A DNA stretch of 64,000 bases from Escherichia coli (GTDB lineage Bacteria; Pseudomonadota; Gammaproteobacteria; Enterobacterales; Enterobacteriaceae), in the NCBI RefSeq assembly GCF_003334815.1, contig NZ_QOWO01000015.1. One strand, written 5' to 3'. Under the pieces are notes generated by a model that had not been told where the DNA came from, made no database searches, and saw only the letters and a list, made by a program, of their open reading frames with translations. How positions within the stretch are numbered: position 1 is the stretch's first letter; each line of letters begins with the position of its first letter. A program made the position numbers and the translations under genes. Positions 52,097 through 63,124 of this stretch are shown one piece after another.

Positions 52097-52936
52097 ATGC
52101 TGTCGCGTCGGGGTCATCGGTTAAGTCGTTTTCGTAAAAATAAACGCCGCCTGCGCGAGCGTTTGCGTCAGCGTATTTTTTTCAGAGATAAAGTGGTGCC
52201 GGAAGCAATGGAAAAACCAAGAGTACTCGTACTGACAGGGGCAGGAATTTCTGCGGAATCAGGTATTCGTACCTTTCGCGCCGCAGATGGCCTGTGGGAA
52301 GAACATCGGGTTGAAGATGTGGCAACGCCGGAAGGTTTCGATCGCGATCCTGAACTGGTGCAAGCGTTTTATAACGCCCGTCGTCGACAGCTGCAGCAGC
52401 CAGAAATTCAGCCTAACGCCGCGCATCTTGCGCTGGCTAAACTGCAAGACGCCCTCGGCGATCGCTTTTTGCTGGTGACGCAGAATATCGACAACCTGCA
52501 TGAACGCGCAGGTAATACCAATGTGATTCATATGCATGGGGAACTGCTGAAAGTGCGTTGTTCACAAAGTGGTCAGGTTCTCGACTGGACAGGAGACGTT
52601 ACCCCAGAAGATAAATGCCATTGTTGCCAGTTTCCGGCACCCTTGCGCCCGCACGTAGTGTGGTTTGGCGAAATGCCACTCGGCATGGATGAAATTTATA
52701 TGGCGTTGTCGATGGCCGATATTTTCATTGCCATTGGCACATCCGGGCATGTTTATCCGGCGGCTGGGTTTGTTCACGAAGCGAAACTGCATGGCGCGCA
52801 CACCGTGGAACTGAATCTTGAACCGAGTCAGGTTGGTAATGAATTTGCCGAGAAATATTACGGCCCGGCAAGCCAGGTGGTGCCTGAGTTTGTTGAAAAG
52901 TTGCTGAAGGGATTAAAAGCGGGAAGCATTGCCTGA
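52097..52936 (+). CDS. cobB: NAD-dependent protein deacylase CobB (sirtuin), long form 279 aa; internal ATG at 52208 gives the short form
   Basis: 279-aa ORF with Arg/Lys-rich N-terminal extension ([37 protein letters not shown]) preceding [24 protein letters not shown]. Confidence 0.9.
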   Translation: MLSRRGHRLSRFRKNKRRLRERLRQRIFFRDKVVPEAMEKPRVLVLTGAGISAESGIRTFRAADGLWEEHRVEDVATPEGFDRDPELVQAFYNARRRQLQQPEIQPNAAHLALAKLQDALGDRFLLVTQNIDNLHERAGNTNVIHMHGELLKVRCSQSGQVLDWTGDVTPEDKCHCCQFPAPLRPHVVWFGEMPLGMDEIYMALSMADIFIAIGTSGHVYPAAGFVHEAKLHGAHTVELNLEPSQVGNEFAEKYYGPASQVVPEFVEKLLKGLKAGSIA

Positions 52937-53026
52937 TGCACTACGCTTATCAGGCCTGCAAGGGGACGCAATTAATTGAATTTGCGGGTTTTGTGGGCCG
53001 GATAAGGCGTTCGCGCCCCATCCGGC
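52931..53026. repeat. REP pair (BIME) between cobB and ycfZ
   Basis: GCCTGATGCACTACGCTTATCAGGC and GGGCCGGATAAGGCGTTCGCGCCCCATCCGGC. Confidence 0.8.
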
Positions 53027-53055
53027 ATAATACACGCGCACTTTTCCGGCCTCTT

Positions 53056-53844
53056 TTATCGTTTACTCGTCAATAACAATGCGGCAATAAACGTACAGAC
53101 ACCAATTAGCCCTGCCCAGAGTGGCGATATTCTGGTAATCGCAAAGCTATTATCGATATACAAACATAAAGCCTGATAACCCATATTGGCAATAGTCATC
53201 GCCACTGCAAATTTTAACGCATAAATAAAACGAGTCGTGTAGTAAAAGATCCTGGAAAATAAGATAAACGTCGCAGCCCAGGCGATAAAACCTAATGTGT
53301 TGGTGCTGCCGGGGGGAGCATTTTCATGCTGTTGTCCTGGATGCGGATAATACGTTAGTGGCGGCGTCGATTGTTTTAATATCTGTGCTTGTAGAACAGC
53401 CAATGCATTATTGATTCCCTGATACCAGAGATCTGCATTTAAATAAGCCAGCGTGTGATTTTCTATCAGAAGGCCGAGATGTTTATCGTCCAGACCACTT
53501 TCAACCTGGCCGTTGGTGATCATAATTAACCGTGGTTCGCGGGTAGTAAATAGTAACAGAACACTTCCTTTTACATCACTCAATGAAGATGACGCATGCG
53601 CCAGCATCGCTTTACCATTTTGTCTGAGACTGGCTTCATTATTAATGTCGGGTAAAACCACAATAAACGGTGCAATTCCCGTTTGTTGGCGAAAAAGCTC
53701 GGCTTTATGCGCGATCTCTTCAGCATCTGGTACAGTACCGGTAACGTCCGTAAAAAGTGTCTTCATTATTGGAATTAATGGCTTGCTGGCTGCTGTCAGA
53801 GGCAGGAGTATCAGTAAACTGAGCAGTATAATGAATTTTTTCAT
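53056..53844 (-). CDS. ycfZ: Inner-membrane protein YcfZ, 262 aa
   Basis: 262-aa ORF with signal/TM start [22 protein letters not shown] and C-terminal hydrophobic segments. Confidence 0.85.
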
Positions 53845-54302
53845 GGGCGGGACTTCCGTTTCCTGCGTGATTTTTTAGAGGAGGGCATACTTATTAATAA
53901 ACCGACGGCGATAAAAATAACGCCCATAATGCCGATAAACCCCCATTTAAAAAAATTAACCCACGGGTTATTTATCTCAGCCTTTTCAGGATGCCCGGGA
54001 GAATAATAAACATTAACTTTATCGCCTTCGCTGTCTTCATAAAAATCGCTGCCGATACTCGAATTGAAAATTAGCGTGTAATCTGGCGTCGGTCGAAAGG
54101 CAACGACGGGATACCACGAACCATCTTTACCCGTGCGATGAGAATGACTGGAGTGCCAGACGGTATCAACAATGACGCCTTCGGTATGAATCGCGTCTTT
54201 GCTATAGGTGAACTGGTTATAAAAGACAACAACAGAAATGAGGATCAGTACCAGACCGATACCGAGGAATATACGAAAGAAAACTTTACTGTCCTGACTC
54301 AT
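53841..54302 (-). CDS. ymfA: Inner-membrane protein YmfA, 153 aa
   Basis: ORF-track frame 53841..54311; ATG at 54302 gives [28 protein letters not shown]; ATGA overlap with ycfZ. Confidence 0.85.
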
Positions 54303-54320
54303 TAGCCACATCCTTGCTAA

Positions 54321-54350
54321 CTAAAAAACGGGCGGTAATACCACCGCCCG
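54321..54350 (-). terminator. potABCD Rho-independent terminator
   Basis: Minus strand reads CGGGCGGTGGTATTACCGCCCG followed by TTTTTT, directly after the potD stop. Confidence 0.8.
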
Positions 54351-54359
54351 CTTGCTGAA

Positions 54360-55406
54360 TTAACGTCCTGCTTTCAGCTTCTGATAATACTCTTCATAAA
54401 TGCTGCTGGCTGCGCCAACGTCATTCTGCCATTCGCCATTTTTAATGGTTTCAGCATCCGGGTAGAGTGTTTTATCGTTCGCCACTTCTGGACTTAACAG
54501 CTTACGCGCCGCAAGGTTTGGCGTTGGATAACCGATAGTTTCAGCAACCTGTTTTGCCACATCCGGGCGCAGCAGGAAGTTGATCAATTTCAGCGCGCCT
54601 TCTTTGTTTTTGGCATTTGCCGGGATCGCCAGGCTGTCCATCCAGAAAATGCCGCCTTCTTTCGGCCACACCACGTCAATTGGCGTACCCGCCTGGCGTG
54701 CAACGAAAGCAGAACCGTTCCAGATCATGCCGAGGTTAACTTCGCCTTCCATGTACGGGTTCGCCGGGTTATCGGAGTTAAAGGCTGCCACGTTTGGCAT
54801 CAGTTTTTTCAGCTCGTTATATGCAGCTTCAATCTCTTTCGGATCGGTGGTGTTACCGGAGTAGCCCAGCTTACGCAGCGCCATCTGGAACACTTCACGG
54901 GCATCGTCGGTCAACAGCAGGCTGCCTTTGTACTCTGGCTTCCACAGATCGGCCCAGCTGGTGACAGATTTCGGATCCACCGCATCACCGTTAACACCAA
55001 TCGCCGTCGCACCCCAGATATACGGAATGGAGTAGTCGTTATTCGGGTCAAAAGGCTTGTTGAGCATGTCTGGATCGAGATTGCTGAAGTTTGTTAACTT
55101 CGACTTGTCGATCTTCTGGATCATCCCTTCTTTACGCATTTTATCAACGTAATAGGTTGAAGGAACCACCAGATCATAGGCACCGTCTTTGTATGTTTTC
55201 AGCTTGGCGTACATGGTTTCGTTCGACTCGTAAGTCGAATAGATAACCTTAATACCGGTTTCTTTGGTGAACTGTTCAAGCAGTCCTGGCGGCACGTACT
55301 CGGTCCAGTTGTAGAAATACAGCGTGTTGTTGTCATCGGCGTGAGCGGCGCTCATGCCCAGTGCCAGAGCACCCGCCGCGAGCAGGTGGCGTGACCATTT
55401 TTTCAT
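54360..55406 (-). CDS. potD: Spermidine/putrescine periplasmic binding protein PotD, 348 aa
   Basis: 348-aa ORF with signal peptide MKKWSRHLLAAGALALGMSAAHA. Confidence 0.95.
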   Translation of the reverse strand: MKKWSRHLLAAGALALGMSAAHADDNNTLYFYNWTEYVPPGLLEQFTKETGIKVIYSTYESNETMYAKLKTYKDGAYDLVVPSTYYVDKMRKEGMIQKIDKSKLTNFSNLDPDMLNKPFDPNNDYSIPYIWGATAIGVNGDAVDPKSVTSWADLWKPEYKGSLLLTDDAREVFQMALRKLGYSGNTTDPKEIEAAYNELKKLMPNVAAFNSDNPANPYMEGEVNLGMIWNGSAFVARQAGTPIDVVWPKEGGIFWMDSLAIPANAKNKEGALKLINFLLRPDVAKQVAETIGYPTPNLAARKLLSPEVANDKTLYPDAETIKNGEWQNDVGAASSIYEEYYQKLKAGR

Positions 55407-56197
55407 TTAACGTCCCCTGTGTTACCTTTCGTTTTATCACGAGCAATAAGCTGGCTGGCAATAACCATCACCAGCGACAGCACCAGTAATATGGTTGCCA
55501 GCGCGTTAACTTCCGGCGATACGCCGACTTTGACCATCGAATAAATTTTTAACGGCAGAATTTCATAACTTGGTCCGGTGACGAACGAAGAAACTACCAC
55601 ATCGTCCATCGACAGGGTAAAGCTTAACACCCAGCCCGCCGCCACCGCTGGCATTGCCAGTGGCAGAATGATTTTTCGCAGAATGGTAAATTCGCTGGCA
55701 CCGAGATCTTTCGCCGCTTCCAGCATTCGCACGTCAAAACCTTTCAGGCGCGAATACACCGTCACCACCACAAATGGCAGGCAGAAGGTGATATGCGAGA
55801 ACAGCAGCGACCAGAAGCCAAGCTGAATACCCAGCAGCATAAACAGCACCAGCAGCGAAATCGCCATCACGATATCTGGTGACATCATCACCACAAACAG
55901 CATTCCGCTAACGAACGGCTTACCACGAAAGCGATAACGGTACAGCGCAACTGCCGTCAGTGAACCGATAAGCGTAGCAAACGTCGCCGAAAACACCGCC
56001 ATTGTTAGTGAATGCTGCGCTGCCTGTAACAGGCTGTCGTTGTTCATCAGCAGGCTATACCATTTGGTGGTAAAACCCTGCCAGTTGATGCCAAAGCGCG
56101 AGCTGTTAAAGGAGTTCACAATCAAAATAATGATTGGGATATACAGGTACGCGTAGATAGCGGTCATAAAACCGCCGCGAAGCAGTCGACCGATCAT
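55403..56197 (-). CDS. potC: Spermidine/putrescine ABC permease PotC, 264 aa
   Basis: 264-aa membrane ORF with ABC permease EAA-like loop (MLEAAKDLGASEFTILRKIILPLAMP). Confidence 0.95.
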   Translation of the reverse strand: MIGRLLRGGFMTAIYAYLYIPIIILIVNSFNSSRFGINWQGFTTKWYSLLMNNDSLLQAAQHSLTMAVFSATFATLIGSLTAVALYRYRFRGKPFVSGMLFVVMMSPDIVMAISLLVLFMLLGIQLGFWSLLFSHITFCLPFVVVTVYSRLKGFDVRMLEAAKDLGASEFTILRKIILPLAMPAVAAGWVLSFTLSMDDVVVSSFVTGPSYEILPLKIYSMVKVGVSPEVNALATILLVLSLVMVIASQLIARDKTKGNTGDVK

Positions 56198-57021
56198 TCG
56201 AGTTCCACCTTCTTATTCAGCAAACGAGAAGCGCGCCAGTAAACCAGCAACATCAGGCCCATTACGATAGTCAGCGTAATGCTGGTAGCTGCACCAAACG
56301 GCCAGTCACGAATATTAAGGAACTGGACCTTGATGACGTTACCGATCAGCAGGTTTTTCGCACCGCCCATCAGGTCGGATACATAGAACAGGCCCATCGC
56401 TGGCAGCATCACCAGCAGACATCCGGCAATAATTCCCGGCATCGTCAGTGGAATAATGATACGGATAAAAGTCTGTAACTTGCTGGCACCGAGATCGCGC
56501 GCCGCCTCAAGCAACGGCTTATCCAGTTTTTCGATACTGGAGTACAGCGGCATCACCATAAACGGCAGCAGAATGTAAACCAGACCGATAATCACCGCAC
56601 TGGGCGTGAACATGATACGGATTGGTGTGTCGATAACGCCCAGCCAGAGCAAAAACTCGTTGAGATAGCCTTTGGTGCTGAGGAAAATTTTCAGCCCGTA
56701 GATACGAATTAATGAGTTGGTCCAGAACGGAACAATCAGCAGAAACAGCAGCAGCGGACGCACCTTGTGTGGCAACTTCGCCAGAAACCAGGCAAACGGG
56801 TAGCCCAGCACCAGGCAGGCGAGGGTGGCGATCAGCGCCATATTCAGCGAGTGCAATAGCACTTCAAAATAGAGCGGATCGAGCAGACGCGTGTAGTTAT
56901 CCAGCGTAAAGACCATTTTGACAAAACTGGCGTCGTCGCGGGTCAAAAAGCTGGTGCCAATGATCATCAGGTTGGGCAGAAAGACAAACAACACAAGCCA
57001 ACCGACAATAGTGACAATCAC
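56194..57021 (-). CDS. potB: Spermidine/putrescine ABC permease PotB, 275 aa from GTG 57021 (285 aa if ATG 57051 is used)
   Basis: ORF-track frame 56194..57051; ABC permease motif LEAARDLGASKLQTFIRIIIPLTMP; start choice follows the 275-aa length I recall. Confidence 0.88.
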   Translation of the reverse strand: MIVTIVGWLVLFVFLPNLMIIGTSFLTRDDASFVKMVFTLDNYTRLLDPLYFEVLLHSLNMALIATLACLVLGYPFAWFLAKLPHKVRPLLLFLLIVPFWTNSLIRIYGLKIFLSTKGYLNEFLLWLGVIDTPIRIMFTPSAVIIGLVYILLPFMVMPLYSSIEKLDKPLLEAARDLGASKLQTFIRIIIPLTMPGIIAGCLLVMLPAMGLFYVSDLMGGAKNLLIGNVIKVQFLNIRDWPFGAATSITLTIVMGLMLLVYWRASRLLNKKVELE

Positions 57022-57034
57022 TACATTCTGGAAC

Positions 57035-58171
57035 TTACTTGTGTTCTTCATCAGCCAGTACGACCTCCCAGCTTTCTACCCAATTAATGGCCATTTTTTG
57101 GTCGAGAGAGTGGTCAAAGTCAGGATCGTCTTCATTGAAGAATTCGCTGACCATCACCATCTTGCCATTTTCCAGTTCAACAACCGACTCCAGCGTCATG
57201 CCTTTGTAGTTACGCTCGCGAACGTAACCAATCAGCCCTTCAGCGTGGTTGTCGTCGTTAATCTCTTCAACACGTAAGTCTTCCGGGCGCAGCAGAACAT
57301 GCAGTTTTTGCCCCGGTTCAACGGCGAAGTTAACGTAGATATTACATTCGCGGCCTTCAACGTTGGCGCGTACGCGCTGCTCGTCTAGACGTTCGATGAC
57401 AGTGGCGTTAAACATATTGATTTCGCCAATGAAGCCGGCAACAAACAGGTTTTTCGGCTCTTCGTAGATTTCACGCGGCGTGCCGTCTTGCTCAATGCGA
57501 CCATCGCGCATCACCACAATCCTGTCTGACATGGTGAGTGCTTCTTCCTGGTCGTGAGTCACAAAGACGAATGTAATGCCAAGCTTACGCTGTAACGCTT
57601 TCAGCTCGTTCTGCATTTGCTTACGCAGTTTGTAATCCAGCGCTGAGAGCGACTCATCCAGCAACAACAGACGAGGCTTGTTAACCACCGCGCGAGCAAT
57701 GGCGACGCGTTGCTGTTGACCACCAGAGAGCTGATGCGGTTTGCGTTGAGCGAAGGTTTCCAACTGCACCATCCGCAGGGCTTCCATCACGCGGGGCGTA
57801 ATTTCAGCAGCGGGGGTTTTTTGCATGCGCAACCCAAAGGCCACATTTTCGAACACGGTCATGTGGGGGAAAAGTGCGTAGCTTTGGAAAACAGTGTTCA
57901 CATAGCGGTTTTCCGCCGGAACGTGGGTGATGTCCTCGTTATCCAGCATGATGCGTCCGGAATCAACAGTTTCCAGACCTGCAATCAGGCGAAGAACGGT
58001 TGTTTTACCGCAGCCAGAAGGGCCAAGCAGCGTGAGGAACTCGCCATTGTTGATAGTCAGATCCAGCTGGGGAATGACCTCTTTACCATCAAAGCATTTG
58101 CGAATTCCCGCCAATTGCACCAGCGGTGAAAGCGAACTCGGTTGTTTATTCAATTTTTTACTCTGTCCCAT
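57035..58171 (-). CDS. potA: Spermidine/putrescine ABC ATPase PotA, 378 aa
   Basis: 378-aa ORF with Walker [10 protein letters not shown], signature [14 protein letters not shown] and Walker B LLLLDE. Confidence 0.96.
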
Positions 58172-58420
58172 GTAAACGCAACGGATGGCTTACCGATGCG
58201 GGGTTTGTGGTTAACCACCTTGGTGACTCTTAATGAGGGCGGTAATTCTACGGCAAACCGCTTGAATCGCCAATCTTTGTTGTGAATTACTGGCTTAGCT
58301 TTATATTCATTAAGGTAATGCTGATAAATATTCCCGCTTGCAGGGGTAAAAGTGACCTGACGCAATATTTGTCTTTTCTTGCTTCTTAATAATGTTGTCA
58401 CAAAAAGTGAGGGTGACTAC

Positions 58421-59647
58421 ATGGATAAACTACTTGAGCGATTTTTGAACTACGTGTCTCTGGATACCCAATCAAAAGCAGGGGTGAGACAGGTTCCCAG
58501 CACGGAAGGCCAATGGAAGTTATTGCATCTGCTGAAAGAGCAGCTCGAAGAGATGGGGCTTATCAATGTGACCTTAAGTGAGAAGGGCACTTTGATGGCG
58601 ACGTTACCGGCTAACGTCCCTGGCGATATCCCGGCGATTGGCTTTATTTCTCATGTGGATACCTCACCGGATTGCAGCGGCAAAAATGTGAATCCGCAAA
58701 TTGTTGAAAACTATCGCGGTGGCGATATTGCGCTGGGTATCGGCGATGAAGTTTTATCACCGGTTATGTTCCCGGTGCTGCATCAGCTACTGGGTCAGAC
58801 GCTGATTACCACCGATGGTAAAACCTTGTTAGGTGCCGATGACAAAGCAGGTATTGCAGAAATCATGACCGCGCTGGCGGTATTGCAACAGAAAAAAATT
58901 CCGCATGGTGATATTCGCGTCGCCTTTACCCCGGATGAAGAAGTGGGCAAAGGGGCGAAACATTTTGATGTTGACGCCTTCGATGCCCGCTGGGCTTACA
59001 CTGTTGATGGTGGTGGCGTAGGCGAACTGGAGTTTGAAAACTTCAACGCCGCGTCGGTCAATATCAAAATTGTCGGTAACAATGTTCATCCGGGCACGGC
59101 GAAAGGAGTGATGGTAAATGCGCTGTCGCTGGCGGCACGTATTCATGCGGAAGTTCCGGCGGATGAAAGCCCGGAAATGACAGAAGGCTATGAAGGTTTC
59201 TATCATCTGGCGAGCATGAAAGGCACCGTTGAACGGGCCGATATGCACTACATCATCCGTGATTTCGACCGTAAACAGTTTGAAGCGCGTAAACGTAAAA
59301 TGATGGAGATCGCCAAAAAAGTGGGCAAAGGGTTACATCCTGATTGCTACATTGAACTGGTGATTGAAGACAGTTACTACAATATGCGCGAGAAAGTGGT
59401 TGAGCATCCGCATATTCTCGATATCGCCCAGCAGGCGATGCGCGATTGCGATATTGAACCGGAACTGAAACCGATCCGCGGTGGTACCGACGGCGCGCAG
59501 TTGTCGTTTATGGGATTACCGTGCCCGAACCTGTTCACTGGCGGTTACAACTATCATGGTAAGCATGAGTTTGTGACTCTGGAAGGTATGGAAAAAGCGG
59601 TGCAGGTGATCGTCCGTATTGCCGAGTTAACGGCGCAACGGAAGTAA
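58421..59647 (+). CDS. pepT: Tripeptide aminopeptidase PepT, 408 aa
   Basis: ORF-track frame 58379..59647; ATG 58421 gives [21 protein letters not shown]; M20 metallopeptidase fold. Confidence 0.93.
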
Positions 59648-59655
59648 GCGAAAAG

Positions 59656-59680
59656 GGATGCGGCATGTGATGCCGCATCC
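59656..59680. terminator. Shared hairpin between convergent pepT and roxA
   Basis: GGATGCGGCA-TGTGA-TGCCGCATCC 10-bp stem, REP-like, 9 nt after the pepT stop. Confidence 0.5.
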
Positions 59681-59695
59681 GGCTTAAATCCAAAC

Positions 59696-60817
59696 TTACC
59701 CTTCGAAGAACCAATACCCGCTATTGACCAGCGCCGCGAGCATCGCGAGGAATGACGGATCTTCCAGCGCATCGCCAAAATTCTCCGCAGTCAGCGCAAT
59801 GTTGCTGGCGAGTGCATCCAGTGCCGGACGGTGCGGGGAATCGATCTTCTCACCATTGGCATACACGTCGTCGCCAATGCGCAATACGCGCAGACCACCC
59901 AGGCGCACCAGCACTTCACCTTGTTTCAGCGCATCGTAGATTTCATCCGGCTGATAAGGCGGCTCTGGCGGCGCGATATCCAGTTCATGACGTGACTGGG
60001 ATATAAACTCGCCAAACCATTGCTTAAAGTGTTCCGGCTGGTTGATCAATTCGAGCATCATCTCACGCAGTTTATCCATCTCTTGCGGCAGAACATCCGC
60101 AGGATGAGCGCGAGGTGGAACATCCGGATCGCTGTAGTAGTTGCCGCCCAGTTCACGTTGCAGCACATAATCGGCAAATCCACTAATCAGTTCCCGCGTA
60201 TTTGGCGCGCGAAAGCCCACGGAATAGTTCATCGCATTTTCCAGCGCGTAGCCTTCATGCGGGAATCCTGGCGGAATATAAAGAATATCACCAGGCTCCA
60301 GCTCTTCATCGATGATGGCTTCGAACGGATCGACCTGTAACAGATCCGGATGTGGGCAGTGCTGTTTCATTTGCAGCTTTTCGCCCACTCGCCAGCGACG
60401 ACGTCCGGTACCCTGAATGATAAACACGTCGTACTGATCGAGATGCGGACCGACGCCGCCGCCGGGTACAGAAAAAGAAATCATCAGATCATCAATACGC
60501 CAGTCCGGTAGTTCACGGAACGGTCGCATCAGCGCGGCGGTCGGCTCATGCCAGTGGTTCACTGCCTGTACCAGTAATGACCAGTTGGTTTCACCGAGAT
60601 GATCGTAGCTTTCGAACGGGCCGTGGCTGACCTGCCATTTGCCATCCTGGTGACTGACCAGTCGACTGTCAACTTCGCTTTCCATCGCCAGACCCGCCAA
60701 CTCGTCTGGAGAGATCGGGTCAATAAAATTATTAAAGCCGCGTTTTAACACCACCGGGCGTTTCTGCCAGTGACGTTCAAGAAAATCGGGCCAGTTAAGA
60801 GTGAGTTGGTATTCCAT
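59696..60817 (-). CDS. roxA: Ribosomal protein uL16 arginine hydroxylase RoxA (YcfD), 373 aa
   Basis: ORF-track frame 59696..60826; ATG at 60817 gives MEYQLTLNWPDFLERHWQKRPVVLKRG; JmjC/cupin oxygenase. Confidence 0.9.
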   Translation of the reverse strand: MEYQLTLNWPDFLERHWQKRPVVLKRGFNNFIDPISPDELAGLAMESEVDSRLVSHQDGKWQVSHGPFESYDHLGETNWSLLVQAVNHWHEPTAALMRPFRELPDWRIDDLMISFSVPGGGVGPHLDQYDVFIIQGTGRRRWRVGEKLQMKQHCPHPDLLQVDPFEAIIDEELEPGDILYIPPGFPHEGYALENAMNYSVGFRAPNTRELISGFADYVLQRELGGNYYSDPDVPPRAHPADVLPQEMDKLREMMLELINQPEHFKQWFGEFISQSRHELDIAPPEPPYQPDEIYDALKQGEVLVRLGGLRVLRIGDDVYANGEKIDSPHRPALDALASNIALTAENFGDALEDPSFLAMLAALVNSGYWFFEG

Positions 60818-60892
60818 GTTAAGCATCCACAGGCTGGTATCTGCAACCGATTATAACGGATGCTTAACGTAATGCGTGAAGTATGGGCATAT

Positions 60893-62353
60893 TTATTCAT
60901 CTTTCGGCGCAGAATGCTGGCGACCAAAAATCACCTCCATCCGCGCACCGCCCAGCATGCTCTCTCCGGCGACGATTTTACCCTCATATTGCTCGGTGAT
61001 TTCGCGGGCTACCGCCAGCCCTACACCTTGCCCAGGGCGTAAAGTATCAACCCGTTGACCACGGTCGAAAATGACCTCTCGCTTGCTTAATGGAATACCG
61101 GGGCCATCATCCTCGACCACAATATAGAGATGCTCGTCGGTTTGCCTTGCAGAAATTTCGACAAACTCGAGGCAATATTTACAGGCATTATCCAGCACGT
61201 TGCCCATCACCTCGACAAAATCGTTCTGCTCACCGACAAAGCTGATCTCTGGCGAAATATCGAGAGAGATATTGACCCCTTTGCGTTGATACACTTTGTT
61301 CAGCGCTGAGGTGAGATTGTCCAGCAGTGGGGCGACCGGATGCAGCTCGCGGCTGAGCAATGTCCCGCCGCGCATACTGGCACGATGCAGGTAGTAGCCA
61401 ATTTGCTGTGAAATGCGGCTGATTTGCTCCAGCATTACCGGCTCAGCATCACTGACGCTCATCTTTTCACTACGCAGAGAACGCAGCGTACTTTGCAGCA
61501 CCGCCAGTGGCGTTTTCAGACTATGGGTCAGGTCGGTGAGCGTCGTACGGTATTTGTCGTAACGTTCGCGTTCACTTTTTAACAATCGGTTCAGGTTTCG
61601 TACCAGACTGGTCAGTTCTCGCGTTGTGGCTGGATTGAGCAATTCGCGGTTATGTTCTTCCAGTTCGCGGACTTCTTTTGCCAGGGCTTCGATGGGGCGT
61701 AAACTCCACCAGGCGGCGACCCACAGCAGCGGGATCACTAACAGCAGATTGGCTGAGAGCACATAGATAAACCAGCTCCAGACCATATAGGAACTTTTTA
61801 GCTCCACCGGAATGGTATCCACCACCACAATGGTTAATTTTGGCATCCGCGATGTTGCCGGGTAGACGTTTACTGCCACCGAGTGGGTCATCTCCGCGTC
61901 GTCATCATCTTCCCGCACTTCCTGCAACTGTTGCTGTATCGAATGATCTCCACTCAGCAAGAGGCTGGTATCGTTAACATCCGCTTCAATTTCATGAAAA
62001 CCATTCGATTTCAGCCAGTCAGGCTGGATCATCTTCATCAGCCAGGGCACGTCACGTTGCGCCCATAAAAGCTGCCCGTTCTCATCATAAATTAGCGTCA
62101 TGGTGGGGCTTTGCTTGTCGATATTTTCGGGTAACTCGACATGCAACTTATTGTTTTCCCACTTCGCAAGGGTATAGAACAGATTGCTCTCGCCACGTAA
62201 CAGCCGAAACGTAGTTTTATCGAAACTGACGCTATAACCGATCAGCGCGACCATTCCGTAGGCAAGCGAAAGCACCAGTACTACCGCTGCCGTTGCCAAC
62301 AGAAAACGTACCCGCAGCGAGAGCGGGAAAAAAAGACGCAGTAATTTTTTCAT
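60893..62353 (-). CDS. phoQ: Sensor histidine kinase PhoQ, 486 aa
   Basis: 486-aa ORF with two TM segments, periplasmic sensor, HAMP, H-box ([15 protein letters not shown]) and ATPase domain. Confidence 0.96.
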   Translation of the reverse strand: MKKLLRLFFPLSLRVRFLLATAAVVLVLSLAYGMVALIGYSVSFDKTTFRLLRGESNLFYTLAKWENNKLHVELPENIDKQSPTMTLIYDENGQLLWAQRDVPWLMKMIQPDWLKSNGFHEIEADVNDTSLLLSGDHSIQQQLQEVREDDDDAEMTHSVAVNVYPATSRMPKLTIVVVDTIPVELKSSYMVWSWFIYVLSANLLLVIPLLWVAAWWSLRPIEALAKEVRELEEHNRELLNPATTRELTSLVRNLNRLLKSERERYDKYRTTLTDLTHSLKTPLAVLQSTLRSLRSEKMSVSDAEPVMLEQISRISQQIGYYLHRASMRGGTLLSRELHPVAPLLDNLTSALNKVYQRKGVNISLDISPEISFVGEQNDFVEVMGNVLDNACKYCLEFVEISARQTDEHLYIVVEDDGPGIPLSKREVIFDRGQRVDTLRPGQGVGLAVAREITEQYEGKIVAGESMLGGARMEVIFGRQHSAPKDE

Positions 62354-63024
62354 CAGCGCAATTCGAACAGATAGCCCTGGCCGCGAACGGTGGTAATCAC
62401 TTCTTGGGGATATTGTGCCTGAATTTTTTTGCGCAGACGTCCCATCAGTACATCAATGGTATGGCTTTCCCGCAGCTCCGCATCCGGATAGAGTTGGAGC
62501 ATTAACGAATCTTTGCTGACCACTTTGCCATTATTGCGTATCAACGTTTCCATAATGGTGTATTCGAACGCGGTCAGTTTGATCACTTCGTCATTAATAG
62601 ATAATTCACGGCGAGAGAGATCAACCTGAAACGGGGGGAGCGAAATGACCTGTGAAGCCAGACCGCTATTACGCCGCATTAATGCCTGCATTCGCGCCAT
62701 CACCTCTTCAATATGAAACGGTTTAGTCACATAATCATCAGCACCGGCACTTAATACTTCGACTTTGTCCTGCCAGCTTTCACGGGCGGTTAATACCAGA
62801 ATCGGCAGTGAAACATCGTTGCTACGCCAGCGGCGAATCAGTGACAGACCGTCCTCGTCTGGCAATCCGAGATCGACAATCGCAATATCCGGTATATGTT
62901 CATTGAGATAATAATCGGCTTCTTTGGCATCTTCTGCGTCATCGACCTGATGACCAGCATCCTGAATCTGAACTTTAAGGTGGTGACGTAACAACGCATT
63001 GTCTTCAACAACCAGTACGCGCAT
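62353..63024 (-). CDS. phoP: Response regulator PhoP, 223 aa
   Basis: 223-aa OmpR-family [43 protein letters not shown]; stop overlaps phoQ start by 1 nt. Confidence 0.96.
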   Translation of the reverse strand: MRVLVVEDNALLRHHLKVQIQDAGHQVDDAEDAKEADYYLNEHIPDIAIVDLGLPDEDGLSLIRRWRSNDVSLPILVLTARESWQDKVEVLSAGADDYVTKPFHIEEVMARMQALMRRNSGLASQVISLPPFQVDLSRRELSINDEVIKLTAFEYTIMETLIRNNGKVVSKDSLMLQLYPDAELRESHTIDVLMGRLRKKIQAQYPQEVITTVRGQGYLFELR

Positions 63025-63083
63025 TTTTATTTCTCCCTGTCTTAATTATTAAAATAGTGTAACGCGATTATGTGGTTATGGGG

Positions 63084-63101
63084 GTAAACATTAAATAAAC
63101 C
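63084..63101 (-). promoter_or_regulatory. PhoP box (GGTTTA-N5-TGTTTA direct repeat) in the phoP promoter
   Basis: Minus-strand reading of 63085-63101 gives GGTTTATTTAATGTTTA, 60-77 nt upstream of the phoP ATG. Confidence 0.7.
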
Positions 63102-63124
63102 AGCGGGGAGGGGAGGTAAAGTGA

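Noticed and set aside
60827-60871. 11-bp inverted repeat GTTAAGCATCC...GGATGCTTAAC between roxA and phoQ as a terminator
   Set aside because: The 23-nt loop is large and no T-tract follows on the phoQ strand; more likely incidental or part of the roxA promoter region.
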